Assembly (NCBI GenBank): GCA_013334575.1
Contig: JAAXXG010000001.1
Span: forward strand, 41,280-105,279
DNA from: Candidatus Moraniibacteriota bacterium
GTDB lineage: Bacteria; Patescibacteriota; Minisyncoccia; Moranbacterales; UBA1568
Length of the DNA stretch: 64,000 bases
Reading direction: 5' to 3'
In this document: piece after piece, positions 9,740 through 19,075 of the stretch
How the letters are laid out: the number at the start of each line of letters is the position of its first letter
Position numbering within the stretch: position 1 is the stretch's first letter
Translations under genes and position numbers: made by a program
Notes under the pieces: model-generated
What the model was told of the DNA's origin: nothing
Seen by the model: only the letters and a program-made list of their open reading frames with translations
The model's database searches: none

Positions 9740-9749
9740 ACGAAAAGAT

Positions 9750-10418
9750 ATGGCGTCAATGAAACGGACATTCGCACTTGCCTTCTTCACGGTCATGCTT
9801 ATGATTCCGAGCGCCGCGGTACAGGCGCGCGACGAACTCGATATCGATCCGGATCGGGGAAGGTTGTTCAACGAGCGGGATATGGCGCCGGGCGAGTCCG
9901 TATCGGCGGAAGTATCGGCTCGGAACCGTACGAAGGACAAGGCGGACCTTTTCCTTTCGGTCGACGGGCTCCAGGGCGAACGCCTGGCGAGAGTGATGCA
10001 GGTCGCTGTCATTGACCGAACGAACGGTGAGTATCTTGTCGGCGGTGAGAATGACGGCATGACGCTTGCGGATCTGAATGGTGCGCACCAGGTCTTTTTG
10101 GAACGGCTCGGGAAAAACCGTTCCGGATCGTACGAGATAAGGCTGACGTTCGATCCGAATGCCGGGAACCGGTATCAGGGAACGAAGACGAAGTTCGACT
10201 TATCTTTCAGACTTACGTCCTCGGTCGCGAAACCGGATTCCAATCCGCCGTGCCGGACCGACCGATGTCGCGATCGATGGGAACATGAGCGCGGGCGGGA
10301 CGACGACCGTAGCAATGACCGCGATTGGCGTGGTCGCTTTGTGGAAAGGTACCATCGTTTTTCGGATTCCATGTCTTGGTTTTTCGGCCGCGTATCGCAG
10401 GCTCTATCGCGAAGATAG
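9750..10418 (+). CDS. Secreted TasA-fold-like protein with a standard signal peptide
   Basis: Sec signal (AVQA); LF...MAPGES.S..V..RN and AGNRYQG...FDLSF motifs resemble the TasA-like core. Confidence 0.6.
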   Translation: MASMKRTFALAFFTVMLMIPSAAVQARDELDIDPDRGRLFNERDMAPGESVSAEVSARNRTKDKADLFLSVDGLQGERLARVMQVAVIDRTNGEYLVGGENDGMTLADLNGAHQVFLERLGKNRSGSYEIRLTFDPNAGNRYQGTKTKFDLSFRLTSSVAKPDSNPPCRTDRCRDRWEHERGRDDDRSNDRDWRGRFVERYHRFSDSMSWFFGRVSQALSRR

Positions 10419-10640
10419 CCGCCTGAACGGAACATTTCCCATGTCGACCCTGTTCGGGGTCGTTTTCGGATTCCGGCCCGCATCGGAGCGGGTCCGTACT
10501 CGCACCGCATTCAAGACACGATCGTTCAGGGGAAGCATTGTTGACAGAATTGCATAAAAGTGCCATGCTGTTCTTTCGACGTATTTAACAATTCGCCATT
10601 CACAACGGAAGCGAATGCTTCCATAAACAGGAGAACGGCC

Positions 10641-11198
10641 ATGAGAAAACAGCGATTCGGTTTCTTTCGAGAACTTCTTGTCCATGAGCACAAGGTCGTC
10701 TTGGAGGTTCTTGCGGTCGGGGTCATGCTGACGATCGCTTTTAATGTGTTCGACTACGCCTTCGGATATCGGTATCTTGATGTAAGCAGGCAGGTCCGAT
10801 TGAATCTGGAGAGCGGGCCTTCGTCTCAGCAGCTCGGGGTTATGGAAGCTCGCTTACGTGAGTTCAACGGCAACGAGCGAAACCCGGTGTCTATCGGTAT
10901 CTATGACCATTCGGACGGGCCTCATGCGACTAAGCGGGATATCAAGGAGCGACTCGACAACCTGCGCTTTTCCGGTCCGCGGGGAAAGACGTCACTTCTC
11001 TTTGTGGTACAGGATGATTACGTCATAATCAAGGCGCTTGGAAGCCCGAGTTTGAGCCAGGAAGAAATGGATGGAATCGCCAGACTGCAGCGAAAGGTGC
11101 AGAAGGCTCTCGATAAAGCGGATTCCTCTGATTCGTTCCGCTACGGAGATCCGACGAAGGCTATCCTGGCTGCGATCCTATCCGACAATGTGAACTAG
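10641..11198 (+). CDS. Membrane-anchored hypothetical protein, possibly TPM-domain-like
   Basis: SD AGGAG, one TM, and an alpha/beta pattern ending FRYGDPTKAILAAI. Confidence 0.5.
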   Translation: MRKQRFGFFRELLVHEHKVVLEVLAVGVMLTIAFNVFDYAFGYRYLDVSRQVRLNLESGPSSQQLGVMEARLREFNGNERNPVSIGIYDHSDGPHATKRDIKERLDNLRFSGPRGKTSLLFVVQDDYVIIKALGSPSLSQEEMDGIARLQRKVQKALDKADSSDSFRYGDPTKAILAAILSDNVN

Positions 11199-11408
11199 CC
11201 GATTTCGGTCGGTATGATACTCCCGGTATGCGAATGCGTATCGGGAGTCGTTCGTTTTCACGCGGTATTCCGGTATCCCTGACAAAGACAGGGATTCGGA
11301 ATGAGAGGAACTGATAGCGAAAGCGCAAGAACGAGTCGAGAGAATCGGAAGCCATCACGTCTTCGAAAATGAAGAAGACCCGCCTTGGTGACGAGTCTTC
11401 GGAAGAAA

Positions 11409-11564
11409 TCAGCGAAACCAATCGCCGAACGTAAAACGGATTGCCTGGCCCGGAAGGCCGGCGATGATTTCGGTCACGTGTCCCATCTGGCCGCTCACGG
11501 TTAGGAGGATTACCGTCCAGATAGTCACGATCGTGAGGCCGATAATCATAGGAGCGTTTTTCAT
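11409..11564 (-). CDS. Small (51 aa) membrane protein, not in the ORF track
   Basis: MKNAPMIIGLTIVTIWTVILLTVSGQMGHVTEIIAGLPGQAIRFTFGDWFR*; AT-rich upstream region and a downstream hairpin at 11374-11400. Confidence 0.55.
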   Translation of the reverse strand: MKNAPMIIGLTIVTIWTVILLTVSGQMGHVTEIIAGLPGQAIRFTFGDWFR

Positions 11565-11970
11565 GGGTACCCCGGTTGATTTTCGAGGATCTATTGTGAC
11601 TCAATATATCTATTATACATCAATTCATTATGAAAGTCAAATTGTTTCTTGGGCGGAATGAGTTCGGATCGGATGAGTGACTCGTGGCTTTCCGCGGTTG
11701 CGGAAGCGCGGTGATTCTTGACAAAGATGCGGATTCGGAATAGAAAGAAGCACCTGGGAAAACCAAAAATCAAGCCGGAAAATGGGCGTATCTGTTGTAT
11801 ACGGTATCCGCGGGCGAGAGTTTTCGTCCGGAGGCGTATGAAGAAGGCTTGTCTGGAATCGATCCTGGGAGGGATGAACGGGAAGACCGACCGGTGTCCG
11901 TCAGTTTCTGGCGCGCTCCGGTCGGTTTTTCATTGGTAACGAAATCGGTAACACGATAACGGAAAGGTCT

Positions 11971-14900
11971 ATGACGCTCAGTTTGACCCGAAGGTTCCGC
12001 AGGTGGTTCCGCGTCTTCGACGCGGTCGTGATCCTGGCGATGACTTTCCAGCCGGTCGCCCCGGCGGTGATTTTCTCGCAGGAGGCTCCTGCAGCCGAAG
12101 AGAAGTCGGTTGTGGAGACACCGAAGGATACCGAAGAAGTGAAACCGGAAGAGGAGGCGAAGCAGGAAGTGAAAGCGCCGGAAGCGCCTGTGACCGAGGA
12201 GTCGGAAGTCGCTGCGGCGGTCGAACCGACCGTTTCCGTTCCGGAAGTCGCCGTTAAGACGGAGACTTTGGAAACGGTGACGGATCCGACCGATGGCCAG
12301 TCGGCCGTTTCGGTTGAGGACGGAGCGGATATGCCGACCGAGCCGACCGTGGAAGCGGCCGGAGCGGCGTTCGATGAGCGTGCTCCCGAATGGAAGAAGA
12401 ACGACGACGGCTCGCGGACGATCCGCGTCGTCGTGGGAGAGGAATATGCATATCCGGATTCGGATCTTTCGATCCGGTTCACGAAGATCGATGCCGACAA
12501 GAACGCCGGAAACCCGCGGGAGATTACCGTGAAGTCACTGAAGCTTTCCGGGCGATTGGCGGACTCTCTCCGCTCGGTGTCGGATGACGCCTACGAAATC
12601 ACGTCCAGCATGGAGGATGGCACGTTCGAATATGCGCTTTCCATGCCTATCGGGAAGGGGATCGATGAGGGATCGCTTTCCGCTGCCTATGCGGACGATG
12701 AGCATGCGCTCGAAGACGAACGCATTAAGGAAGTCGATGACGAAGACTTGACGTTTGATGACGACCGTGGGATCGCGACCGTATCGGGAATGGATCATTT
12801 CACGGTTTGGTTTCTGCGGCATGATCCGGATCCCGTGAAAGTGAACATCTGTCACGCGACCGGATCCGAGACGAATCCGTTCACGAAGAACGAGGTGAGC
12901 ATCAACTCGGTCTCGAAGTGTCGCGATGCGGCGGGGCACGATGATCATGGCGGCGATATCATTCCTCCGTACTCGTATGGATCGTGCTCGTTCCGCGGGC
13001 AGAACTGGGATACCGACGGACGGGCCATCTGGAACAACGGCTGCAAGAGGCCGCTCGGATCCGCGACGCTTTTCGTTCGTAAGGAGGTTGTCAATGACGA
13101 CGGAGGAACGCTAGTCGCTCGTGATTTCGGTCTGCGTGTGCTGGATGCTCGCGGGAACGACGTGACGGGGAGTCCTGTCGCAGGCTCGGAATCGGGTATC
13201 GCGTTCGCGCTGCCGGCCGGTTCTTACTGGATCGGAGAGCGTTCCGTCACCGGGTATGTCCTGAAGGGATTCGAAGGGGATTGCGGGGTGGATGGTTCGG
13301 TGACGCTGGTCGCCGGAGAGTCGCGAAGCTGCACCGTCGTGAACGATGATATCGCTCCGCGTCTTACCGTGGTGAAACACGTGATAAACGACAACGACGG
13401 TACGCTTTCGGCAGGAAACTTCACCATGACCGTTTCCGGTACGGGCGTTTCCGAACCGTTCTTCGCTGGAAGCGAAACGGGAACGACGGTGACGCTCCGA
13501 CCCGGATCATACGAAGTCGGAGAGATCGGCGATGCGGGATATTCCATGACCGCGACCGAGTCATGCTCGGGAACGATCGCGCTCGGCGAGCATCGTACCT
13601 GTACGTTGACAAACGACGACAAGGCTCCGGTGAACATCGTCGCGTGGAAGGTCGTCTGTGACAACGAATCCGATTTGCCGAACCGCGACGGGGGCGCGGA
13701 TATATCAGCAACCACGGCTACGGACTACGTGGCGAGTCATCCGTCCTGCCGACTCGTGTCCGGATGGGGCTTCGAATGGGGAAACGAATGGGTAAGCAAT
13801 CCCGGTGACGATTTCGTCGGACCTGCCGGAAACGGTTGGTTGACATTCGGTCCGACCGGAGAGGATGGCTCCGCATCGGTTGCCATCGAGGATTTCTCAG
13901 AACGCGGAATCTGGCTCCGTGAGATCCTGCAGGAAGGGTATCTGCCGTTCACCTATACGCTCAACGGAAATACGAACGCGAACGATGTGTCCGCGGAATT
14001 TTTCTGCGACACCGACGTCGAGAACTACGATAATCAGGAGTGGATTCCGAATCCGGTTCGCGGCGCTACGTATCATTGCGTCGCGTGGAATGTCGGATTG
14101 GGATCGATTCACGGACGCAAGTGGGAGGACCTCGACGGAAACGGAACGATGGACGAAGTCGAGAATCTTCTGGGGGGATGGACGGTTTTTCTGGATAAAG
14201 ACGGAGACGGTGACCTTGATAAGGGAGAAGAATCGACCGAGACCGCTTCCGAGGGCGATCATTTCGGTTGGTACCGGTTCGGGAATCTGCTTCCGGGTAC
14301 CTACTCGGTCTGCGAGGTTCCGCGGGAGGGTTGGGTACAAAGCTATCCCGGTACCGTTTCCGAACCCGCATGTCATTCGGTCACGGTTCCCGATTCCGGT
14401 AATCGCGAGTCGGCTGGAAATTCGGTTGACGGTTCAGCGTACGACTTCGGAAACGGAAGACTCGGAACGCTCTCGATAGAGAAATTCAACGATGCGACGT
14501 CGCCGAAGAAGCCTGGCGAGACCGTGAAATATACGCTGCGCATATCCGCGTCCGAGGGGCGCGTTCTCGGTGTCAGCGTGACCGACCTTCCGCCGTCGGT
14601 GGCGGCATATGTCGACGGTTCCTGGTCGGCCGAGTCCAGCGAGGGCTCGTCGCATATCGGCGCGCTCGCGCTTGATCACGAGTACCACTCGCCGGGCGTA
14701 TGGGCTCTCGGCGATATGCTTCCGGGCGAGGTGATCACCCTTTCCTACGACGCGCTGGTGGCGGATGGTACCGATGCGGGTCAATATCCGGACCTCGCGT
14801 ACGCGCAGGGTGTCGGTCGGAGCGGAAATCTGTATGCCATGGCCGGTATCGGTGGAAACATCGATGATTCGCGCTATGTCGGAACGGCGATCGCCGTAGC

Positions 14901-16101
14901 GGATACGGATACGGCGGATCCCGCGAAGGTGACGACCGACCATCACGAGAAGGAACAGAAGGTCGTGAAGGGGCGGGTGCTCGGCGCGACGCTTCCGGAA
15001 ACGGGATCACCCTCGTTCATCCTGGTCCTCGCTCTCCTGCTTGTCGGAATCGGCGGCGCGACGCTTGCGATCGGAGGATCTGTAAGGAGCGGGAAACTCC
15101 GCGCGTACCTGCGGCGGACGGTTCGCCGATGGGCCATCGTGCCGGTAGTTGTCTTGACTGGAGCGTCCTGGGCATGGGGAACGGTCGATGCGGGATCCAT
15201 ACCGGACCTCTATATCCGGGCGGAAAGTCCTGAGTCGGCCGCGAACGGATCCTTCCTGATGGACTATGTGACGCTCGATACGGACAAGCAGGGAGGTATC
15301 GACGTTTCGTGTCAGGTGAAGAAGCCGGGGGCGTCCGGGTTCGCGACGTTCCAGACTGCCGTGATCGACAACGAACAAGGGGGAAATTCCGGACAGTGCG
15401 AAGTGGGTCCGTCGGAGCTTGCCGACGACGGAACGTATGTCTTCCGCGTGAAGGCGGAATCTGGAAGCGAAGAAGCGTTGAGCGCGGAATATTCCGTGGC
15501 ATACGATTCGACGCTGCCGGGTAGGCCGAAATCGATCGACAAGAGCTATGTGTCCAGCTGTATTAACCGCGTGAAGCTCCGTACCGCGGACGACGGTCAG
15601 ACGACACGCGTGGAAGTGTATCGTTCGACGAGTGAGGATTTCATGGCGGACGCCTCGACCCTGGTTCATACGGCTGTCGTCGGTCCGAATGCGACGTACG
15701 AGTATGACGATGCGCGTCCGTCCGCCATCTGCGGAAACAGGACGTATTACGCGGTACGCGCGTTCGACGATGCGGGGAACGCGTCTCCGGTACGTGAGGA
15801 GGATATGACCGAGACGAACAAGACGACCGCATACGAGGATGTGACGACGGAAGGCTCGGTAACGCTGAAGCCGGGCGCCGGTACGACGGTTTCCGAAGGA
15901 ACCGGTTCTGGCGAGACGACGGTGACCGGAGAGGTTGCCGGCGAGCAGTCCGGCAGCGGGGAGGGAACGGTCGAAGGAGCGGAGACGACCGCAGGCGGTT
16001 TCCCGCGGTGGGGATGGATACTTGTCGCGCTCGCGGCGTATGCCGGGTACCGGTGGTATGCTCTCCGGAAAGAACGGAAGGCGAGAATGCCGAAGATCTA
16101 G
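11971..16101 (+). CDS. Large surface adhesin (prealbumin/SpaA-like repeats, SdrD-B-like, DUF11, internal LPETG, Ig/FN3-like domain, C-terminal TM)
   Basis: Signal peptide, acidic stalk, KVNICHATG..H..H.GD motif, two TL.V.K.V.ND..GT repeats, GRKWEDLDGNG, KPGETVKYTL, LPETG, terminal TM plus basic tail. Confidence 0.8.
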   Translation: MTLSLTRRFRRWFRVFDAVVILAMTFQPVAPAVIFSQEAPAAEEKSVVETPKDTEEVKPEEEAKQEVKAPEAPVTEESEVAAAVEPTVSVPEVAVKTETLETVTDPTDGQSAVSVEDGADMPTEPTVEAAGAAFDERAPEWKKNDDGSRTIRVVVGEEYAYPDSDLSIRFTKIDADKNAGNPREITVKSLKLSGRLADSLRSVSDDAYEITSSMEDGTFEYALSMPIGKGIDEGSLSAAYADDEHALEDERIKEVDDEDLTFDDDRGIATVSGMDHFTVWFLRHDPDPVKVNICHATGSETNPFTKNEVSINSVSKCRDAAGHDDHGGDIIPPYSYGSCSFRGQNWDTDGRAIWNNGCKRPLGSATLFVRKEVVNDDGGTLVARDFGLRVLDARGNDVTGSPVAGSESGIAFALPAGSYWIGERSVTGYVLKGFEGDCGVDGSVTLVAGESRSCTVVNDDIAPRLTVVKHVINDNDGTLSAGNFTMTVSGTGVSEPFFAGSETGTTVTLRPGSYEVGEIGDAGYSMTATESCSGTIALGEHRTCTLTNDDKAPVNIVAWKVVCDNESDLPNRDGGADISATTATDYVASHPSCRLVSGWGFEWGNEWVSNPGDDFVGPAGNGWLTFGPTGEDGSASVAIEDFSERGIWLREILQEGYLPFTYTLNGNTNANDVSAEFFCDTDVENYDNQEWIPNPVRGATYHCVAWNVGLGSIHGRKWEDLDGNGTMDEVENLLGGWTVFLDKDGDGDLDKGEESTETASEGDHFGWYRFGNLLPGTYSVCEVPREGWVQSYPGTVSEPACHSVTVPDSGNRESAGNSVDGSAYDFGNGRLGTLSIEKFNDATSPKKPGETVKYTLRISASEGRVLGVSVTDLPPSVAAYVDGSWSAESSEGSSHIGALALDHEYHSPGVWALGDMLPGEVITLSYDALVADGTDAGQYPDLAYAQGVGRSGNLYAMAGIGGNIDDSRYVGTAIAVADTDTADPAKVTTDHHEKEQKVVKGRVLGATLPETGSPSFILVLALLLVGIGGATLAIGGSVRSGKLRAYLRRTVRRWAIVPVVVLTGASWAWGTVDAGSIPDLYIRAESPESAANGSFLMDYVTLDTDKQGGIDVSCQVKKPGASGFATFQTAVIDNEQGGNSGQCEVGPSELADDGTYVFRVKAESGSEEALSAEYSVAYDSTLPGRPKSIDKSYVSSCINRVKLRTADDGQTTRVEVYRSTSEDFMADASTLVHTAVVGPNATYEYDDARPSAICGNRTYYAVRAFDDAGNASPVREEDMTETNKTTAYEDVTTEGSVTLKPGAGTTVSEGTGSGETTVTGEVAGEQSGSGEGTVEGAETTAGGFPRWGWILVALAAYAGYRWYALRKERKARMPKI

Positions 16102-16208
16102 CGACGGGGCTGATGTTTCGCAAAAAGCGCCCGGCACCTTGCCGGGCCTTTGTCCGTTCGGAAGTGGACAAGATATCCCGTTTCGGCTAGGATGGTCGAA
16201 GCGGGAAC

Positions 16209-16282
16209 GGACAATTAGCTCAGTTGGTTAGAGCACTGCATTCACATTGCAGGGGTCGCTGGTTCGAGTCCAGCATTGTCCA
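16209..16282 (+). tRNA. tRNA-Val(CAC), CCA not encoded
   Basis: GGACAAT/ATTGTCC acceptor stem, AGCTCAGTTGG D-arm, CTGCA-TTCACAT-TGCAG anticodon arm, GGTTCGAGTCC T-arm. Confidence 0.95.
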
Positions 16283-16292
16283 CAGCGATAAG

Positions 16293-16388
16293 ACTTACGA
16301 CGTACAGCATACAACTTACGACACCGAATCGTATTCAGTCCGATTTTTCATACGGTTGTGCGTTGTCAGTTGTCGGTTGTCGGTTTCG
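16293..16388. repeat. Imperfect heptamer tandem repeats in two roughly inverted blocks
   Basis: ACTTACG-ACGTACA-GCATACA-ACTTACG, then GTTGTGC-GTTGTCA-GTTGTCG-GTTGTCG-GTTTCG. Confidence 0.6.
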
Positions 16389-16392
16389 GTAT

Positions 16393-17718
16393 ATGCTCGA
16401 TATACAGTTCATACGCGATCACCGGGACGAGATTGTCCGTGCGGCCAAGGGAAAGCGGCTCGATTTCGATGTCGACGCGCTGTTTGCGGCGGACCGCGAC
16501 CGCATCGAGGCCGCGCAGGCGCTCGAGGCCGCTCAGGCCCAGAAGAACGGGCTCAATCAGAAGATCGCCTCCGCGGGAAGCGACGGGGAACGTGCGGCCG
16601 CCATCGCCGAGGGAAAGGCGATCAAGGAGCGGATCGAATCGCTCGAGCCGGCGGCGCGCGAGACGAAGGAACGCTTCGACGCCCTCATGGCGCAGGTGCC
16701 GAATGTCGTGGCACCGGACACGCCGGCGGGGGAGAGCGACGAGGACAACGTCGAGGTCGCGAGAAAAGGGGATATCCGTGAGTTTCCGTTCGCGCCGAAG
16801 GATCATATCGCGCTTGGTGCGTCGCTCGGACTGTTCGATCTTGAGCGTGGAACGAAGGTGGCCGGATACCGGGGGTACTACCTGACCGGCGACGGTGCGA
16901 TGCTCGCGATGGGGCTCATGTCCTTTGCGCTCTCGAAGATGGCGTCCAAGGGATATGTTCCGATGATTCCGCCGACCTTGGTGAAGGGATTCCCGCTTTT
17001 CGGAAGCGGCTACTTCAAGGGGCTCGAGTACGACGGCGAAGTCGACGAGATCTATCAGGTCGCTTCCGGTGATCGCGATGCCGACGGGAGCGAATCCAAG
17101 GAACGGAAGTTTCTGGTCGGGACGGCGGAACCTTCGCTGCTCGCGTTCCATTCCGGAGAGACGATCGCGGCGGACCGGCTCCCGATCCGCTATGCCGGGT
17201 TCAGCCAGTGCTATCGGAGCGAGATCGGTTCGTACGGCAAGGATACCAAGGGTCTCTACCGGGTCCACGAGTTCATGAAGGTCGAACAGGTGGTTCTCGC
17301 GCCGGCGGATCCCGCGTTGGCCGATACGCTTCAGGAGGAGATGCTCGGTATCACAGAAGAGATCCTGACCGACCTCGGTCTTCCGATCCGTCGGATCCGC
17401 ATCTGTGCGGGTGACATGGGAACCGGGAAGTACAAGGCGTTCGATGTCGAGGCGTGGATGCCGGGTCTGGGGCGCTGGGGTGAGCTCGGAAGCGCGTCGA
17501 ACTTTACCGATTGGCAGGCGCGTCGCCTCGAGGTGCGGTATGCCGATCCGGATACCGGCAGAAAGATCCCGGTCTATATGCTCAATAACACCGCGCTTAC
17601 GTCCGTCCGACCGCTGATCGCGATTCTCGAGAACTTCCAGGAGTCGGATGGGTCGGTCGTCGTTCCGGAAGTCCTTCGCCCCTTTGTCGGTAAGGATCGT
17701 CTGATGCCGAACGTCTAG
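16393..17718 (+). CDS. serS: Seryl-tRNA synthetase
   Basis: MLDIQFIR start, coiled-coil arm, GTAE, CYRSEIGSYGKDTKGLYRVHEFMKVE, E..SASN.TD.QARRL, NNTA. Confidence 0.97.
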   Translation: MLDIQFIRDHRDEIVRAAKGKRLDFDVDALFAADRDRIEAAQALEAAQAQKNGLNQKIASAGSDGERAAAIAEGKAIKERIESLEPAARETKERFDALMAQVPNVVAPDTPAGESDEDNVEVARKGDIREFPFAPKDHIALGASLGLFDLERGTKVAGYRGYYLTGDGAMLAMGLMSFALSKMASKGYVPMIPPTLVKGFPLFGSGYFKGLEYDGEVDEIYQVASGDRDADGSESKERKFLVGTAEPSLLAFHSGETIAADRLPIRYAGFSQCYRSEIGSYGKDTKGLYRVHEFMKVEQVVLAPADPALADTLQEEMLGITEEILTDLGLPIRRIRICAGDMGTGKYKAFDVEAWMPGLGRWGELGSASNFTDWQARRLEVRYADPDTGRKIPVYMLNNTALTSVRPLIAILENFQESDGSVVVPEVLRPFVGKDRLMPNV

Positions 17719-17742
17719 GTTGACGCCTCACTTATTCCGCTT

Positions 17743-17781
17743 CGTACGAAAGACGCCTTCCGCAGGCGTCTTCGTTTCGTA
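17743..17781. terminator. Bidirectional terminator between convergent serS and malic enzyme genes
   Basis: AAGACGCCT-tccgc-AGGCGTCTT inverted repeat. Confidence 0.6.
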
Positions 17782-17799
17782 GGTATCCGGTCGCTTCCG

Positions 17800-18954
17800 T
17801 CAGCGTTCGACGATTGCTGCACGGATGGCCGGGACGACGCCGGCGTCGAAGACCGAGGGAAGGATGCCGTCTCGTGACGGCTCAATGACCGAGGCGAGCG
17901 CCCGGGCTACGTCGTTCTTGAGTGTCGGAATGTCGGTCATGCGGAACGAGCGGTCTTTCATTCGGGCATCAAGGAGTCCGCGGAAGAGTCCCGGGAAGAC
18001 GAGCGCGTTGTTGATCTGGTTCGGAAAGTCGGAGCGTCCGGTGCCGACGATGAACGCGCCTCCGGCGACGGCTTCGTCGGGCAGGATTTCCGGGTCGGGA
18101 TTGGCCATGGCAAGCACGATGGGCCGTTCTGCCATCGTGCGGATATCGCCGGCGTTCAGGATATTGCCTTTGGAAACGCCGACGAACGCGTCGGCTTCCG
18201 AAATCGCGGTGGCAAGATCGCCTGCCAGTCCGCGCGGATTCGACCGCTCGGCGATATTCCGTTTTGCTCCGCTAAGGTCGTTCCGCTCCGGACCGAGTAT
18301 CCCGCGGCTGTCGACCAGGACGAGATCCCGCACGCCTTCGTCCAGGAGGAGCCGCGCGATAGCGATGCCGGCCGCGCCGGCGCCGTTTATGACGACCCGC
18401 ATGTCGGGAAGTGCGGTTCCGCGGACTTTGGCCGCGTTGAGGAGCGCGGCGAGCGTGACGATCGCCGTGCCGTCCTGGTCATCGTGGAAAACGGGGATAT
18501 CGAGCTCCCGTTCCAGACGTTCGAGAACCTCGAAACATGTCGGTGCGGCGATGTCCTCGAGGTTTATGCCTCCGAAGGAGGGCTCGATCCGTTTGCAGAA
18601 ATCGACGATCTCGTCGACACTTTCGGCTCGGATGCAAAGCGGCACCGCATCCACGTCCGCGGTCTTCTTGAAGAGCATGGCCTTGCCTTCCATGACCGGC
18701 AGGCCCGCGGTCGGGCCGATATCTCCGAGTCCGAGGATGGCGGTACCATCGGTCACGATGGCGACCGTGTTGCCGCGATTCGTGAGGAGGACGTCGGTTT
18801 CCGGTTCCGCGGCGATGGTTCGGCATACCTCCGCCACTCCCGGCGTATAGGCGAGCGCCAGATCTTCCGGAGTCTCGACCGGCGTCTTGATCGCGGTCCC
18901 TATCTTGCCGTGTCCGTCGAGGTGGTAGCGGATGGCGGGGTTGTTCCGGTCCAT
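17800..18954 (-). CDS. maeB: NAD(P)-dependent malic enzyme
   Basis: LAYTPGVA, TDGTAILGLG, PVMEGK..LFK, INLEDI..P, FHDDQ.GTA, GAGAAG, TGRSDFPNQINN. Confidence 0.93.
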   Translation of the reverse strand: MDRNNPAIRYHLDGHGKIGTAIKTPVETPEDLALAYTPGVAEVCRTIAAEPETDVLLTNRGNTVAIVTDGTAILGLGDIGPTAGLPVMEGKAMLFKKTADVDAVPLCIRAESVDEIVDFCKRIEPSFGGINLEDIAAPTCFEVLERLERELDIPVFHDDQDGTAIVTLAALLNAAKVRGTALPDMRVVINGAGAAGIAIARLLLDEGVRDLVLVDSRGILGPERNDLSGAKRNIAERSNPRGLAGDLATAISEADAFVGVSKGNILNAGDIRTMAERPIVLAMANPDPEILPDEAVAGGAFIVGTGRSDFPNQINNALVFPGLFRGLLDARMKDRSFRMTDIPTLKNDVARALASVIEPSRDGILPSVFDAGVVPAIRAAIVER

Positions 18955-19075
18955 AGTCGGGTCCTTATCGGTTCAGCCGGCAGTGTATCACGCATACCTC
19001 GCCGCGAACAGGGTCGCCGGTATCGCGTATTGCTGCTATACTTGTACGATATCGAATCACTAAGGTATTCGTCCT

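Noticed and set aside
11161-11604. 147-aa minus-strand ORF
   Set aside because: Non-protein-like composition; the 51-aa hydrophobic ORF in another frame explains the region better
16276-16392. N-terminal extension of serS in the ORF track
   Set aside because: Overlaps tRNA-Val and the heptamer repeats; the canonical MLDI start is at 16393
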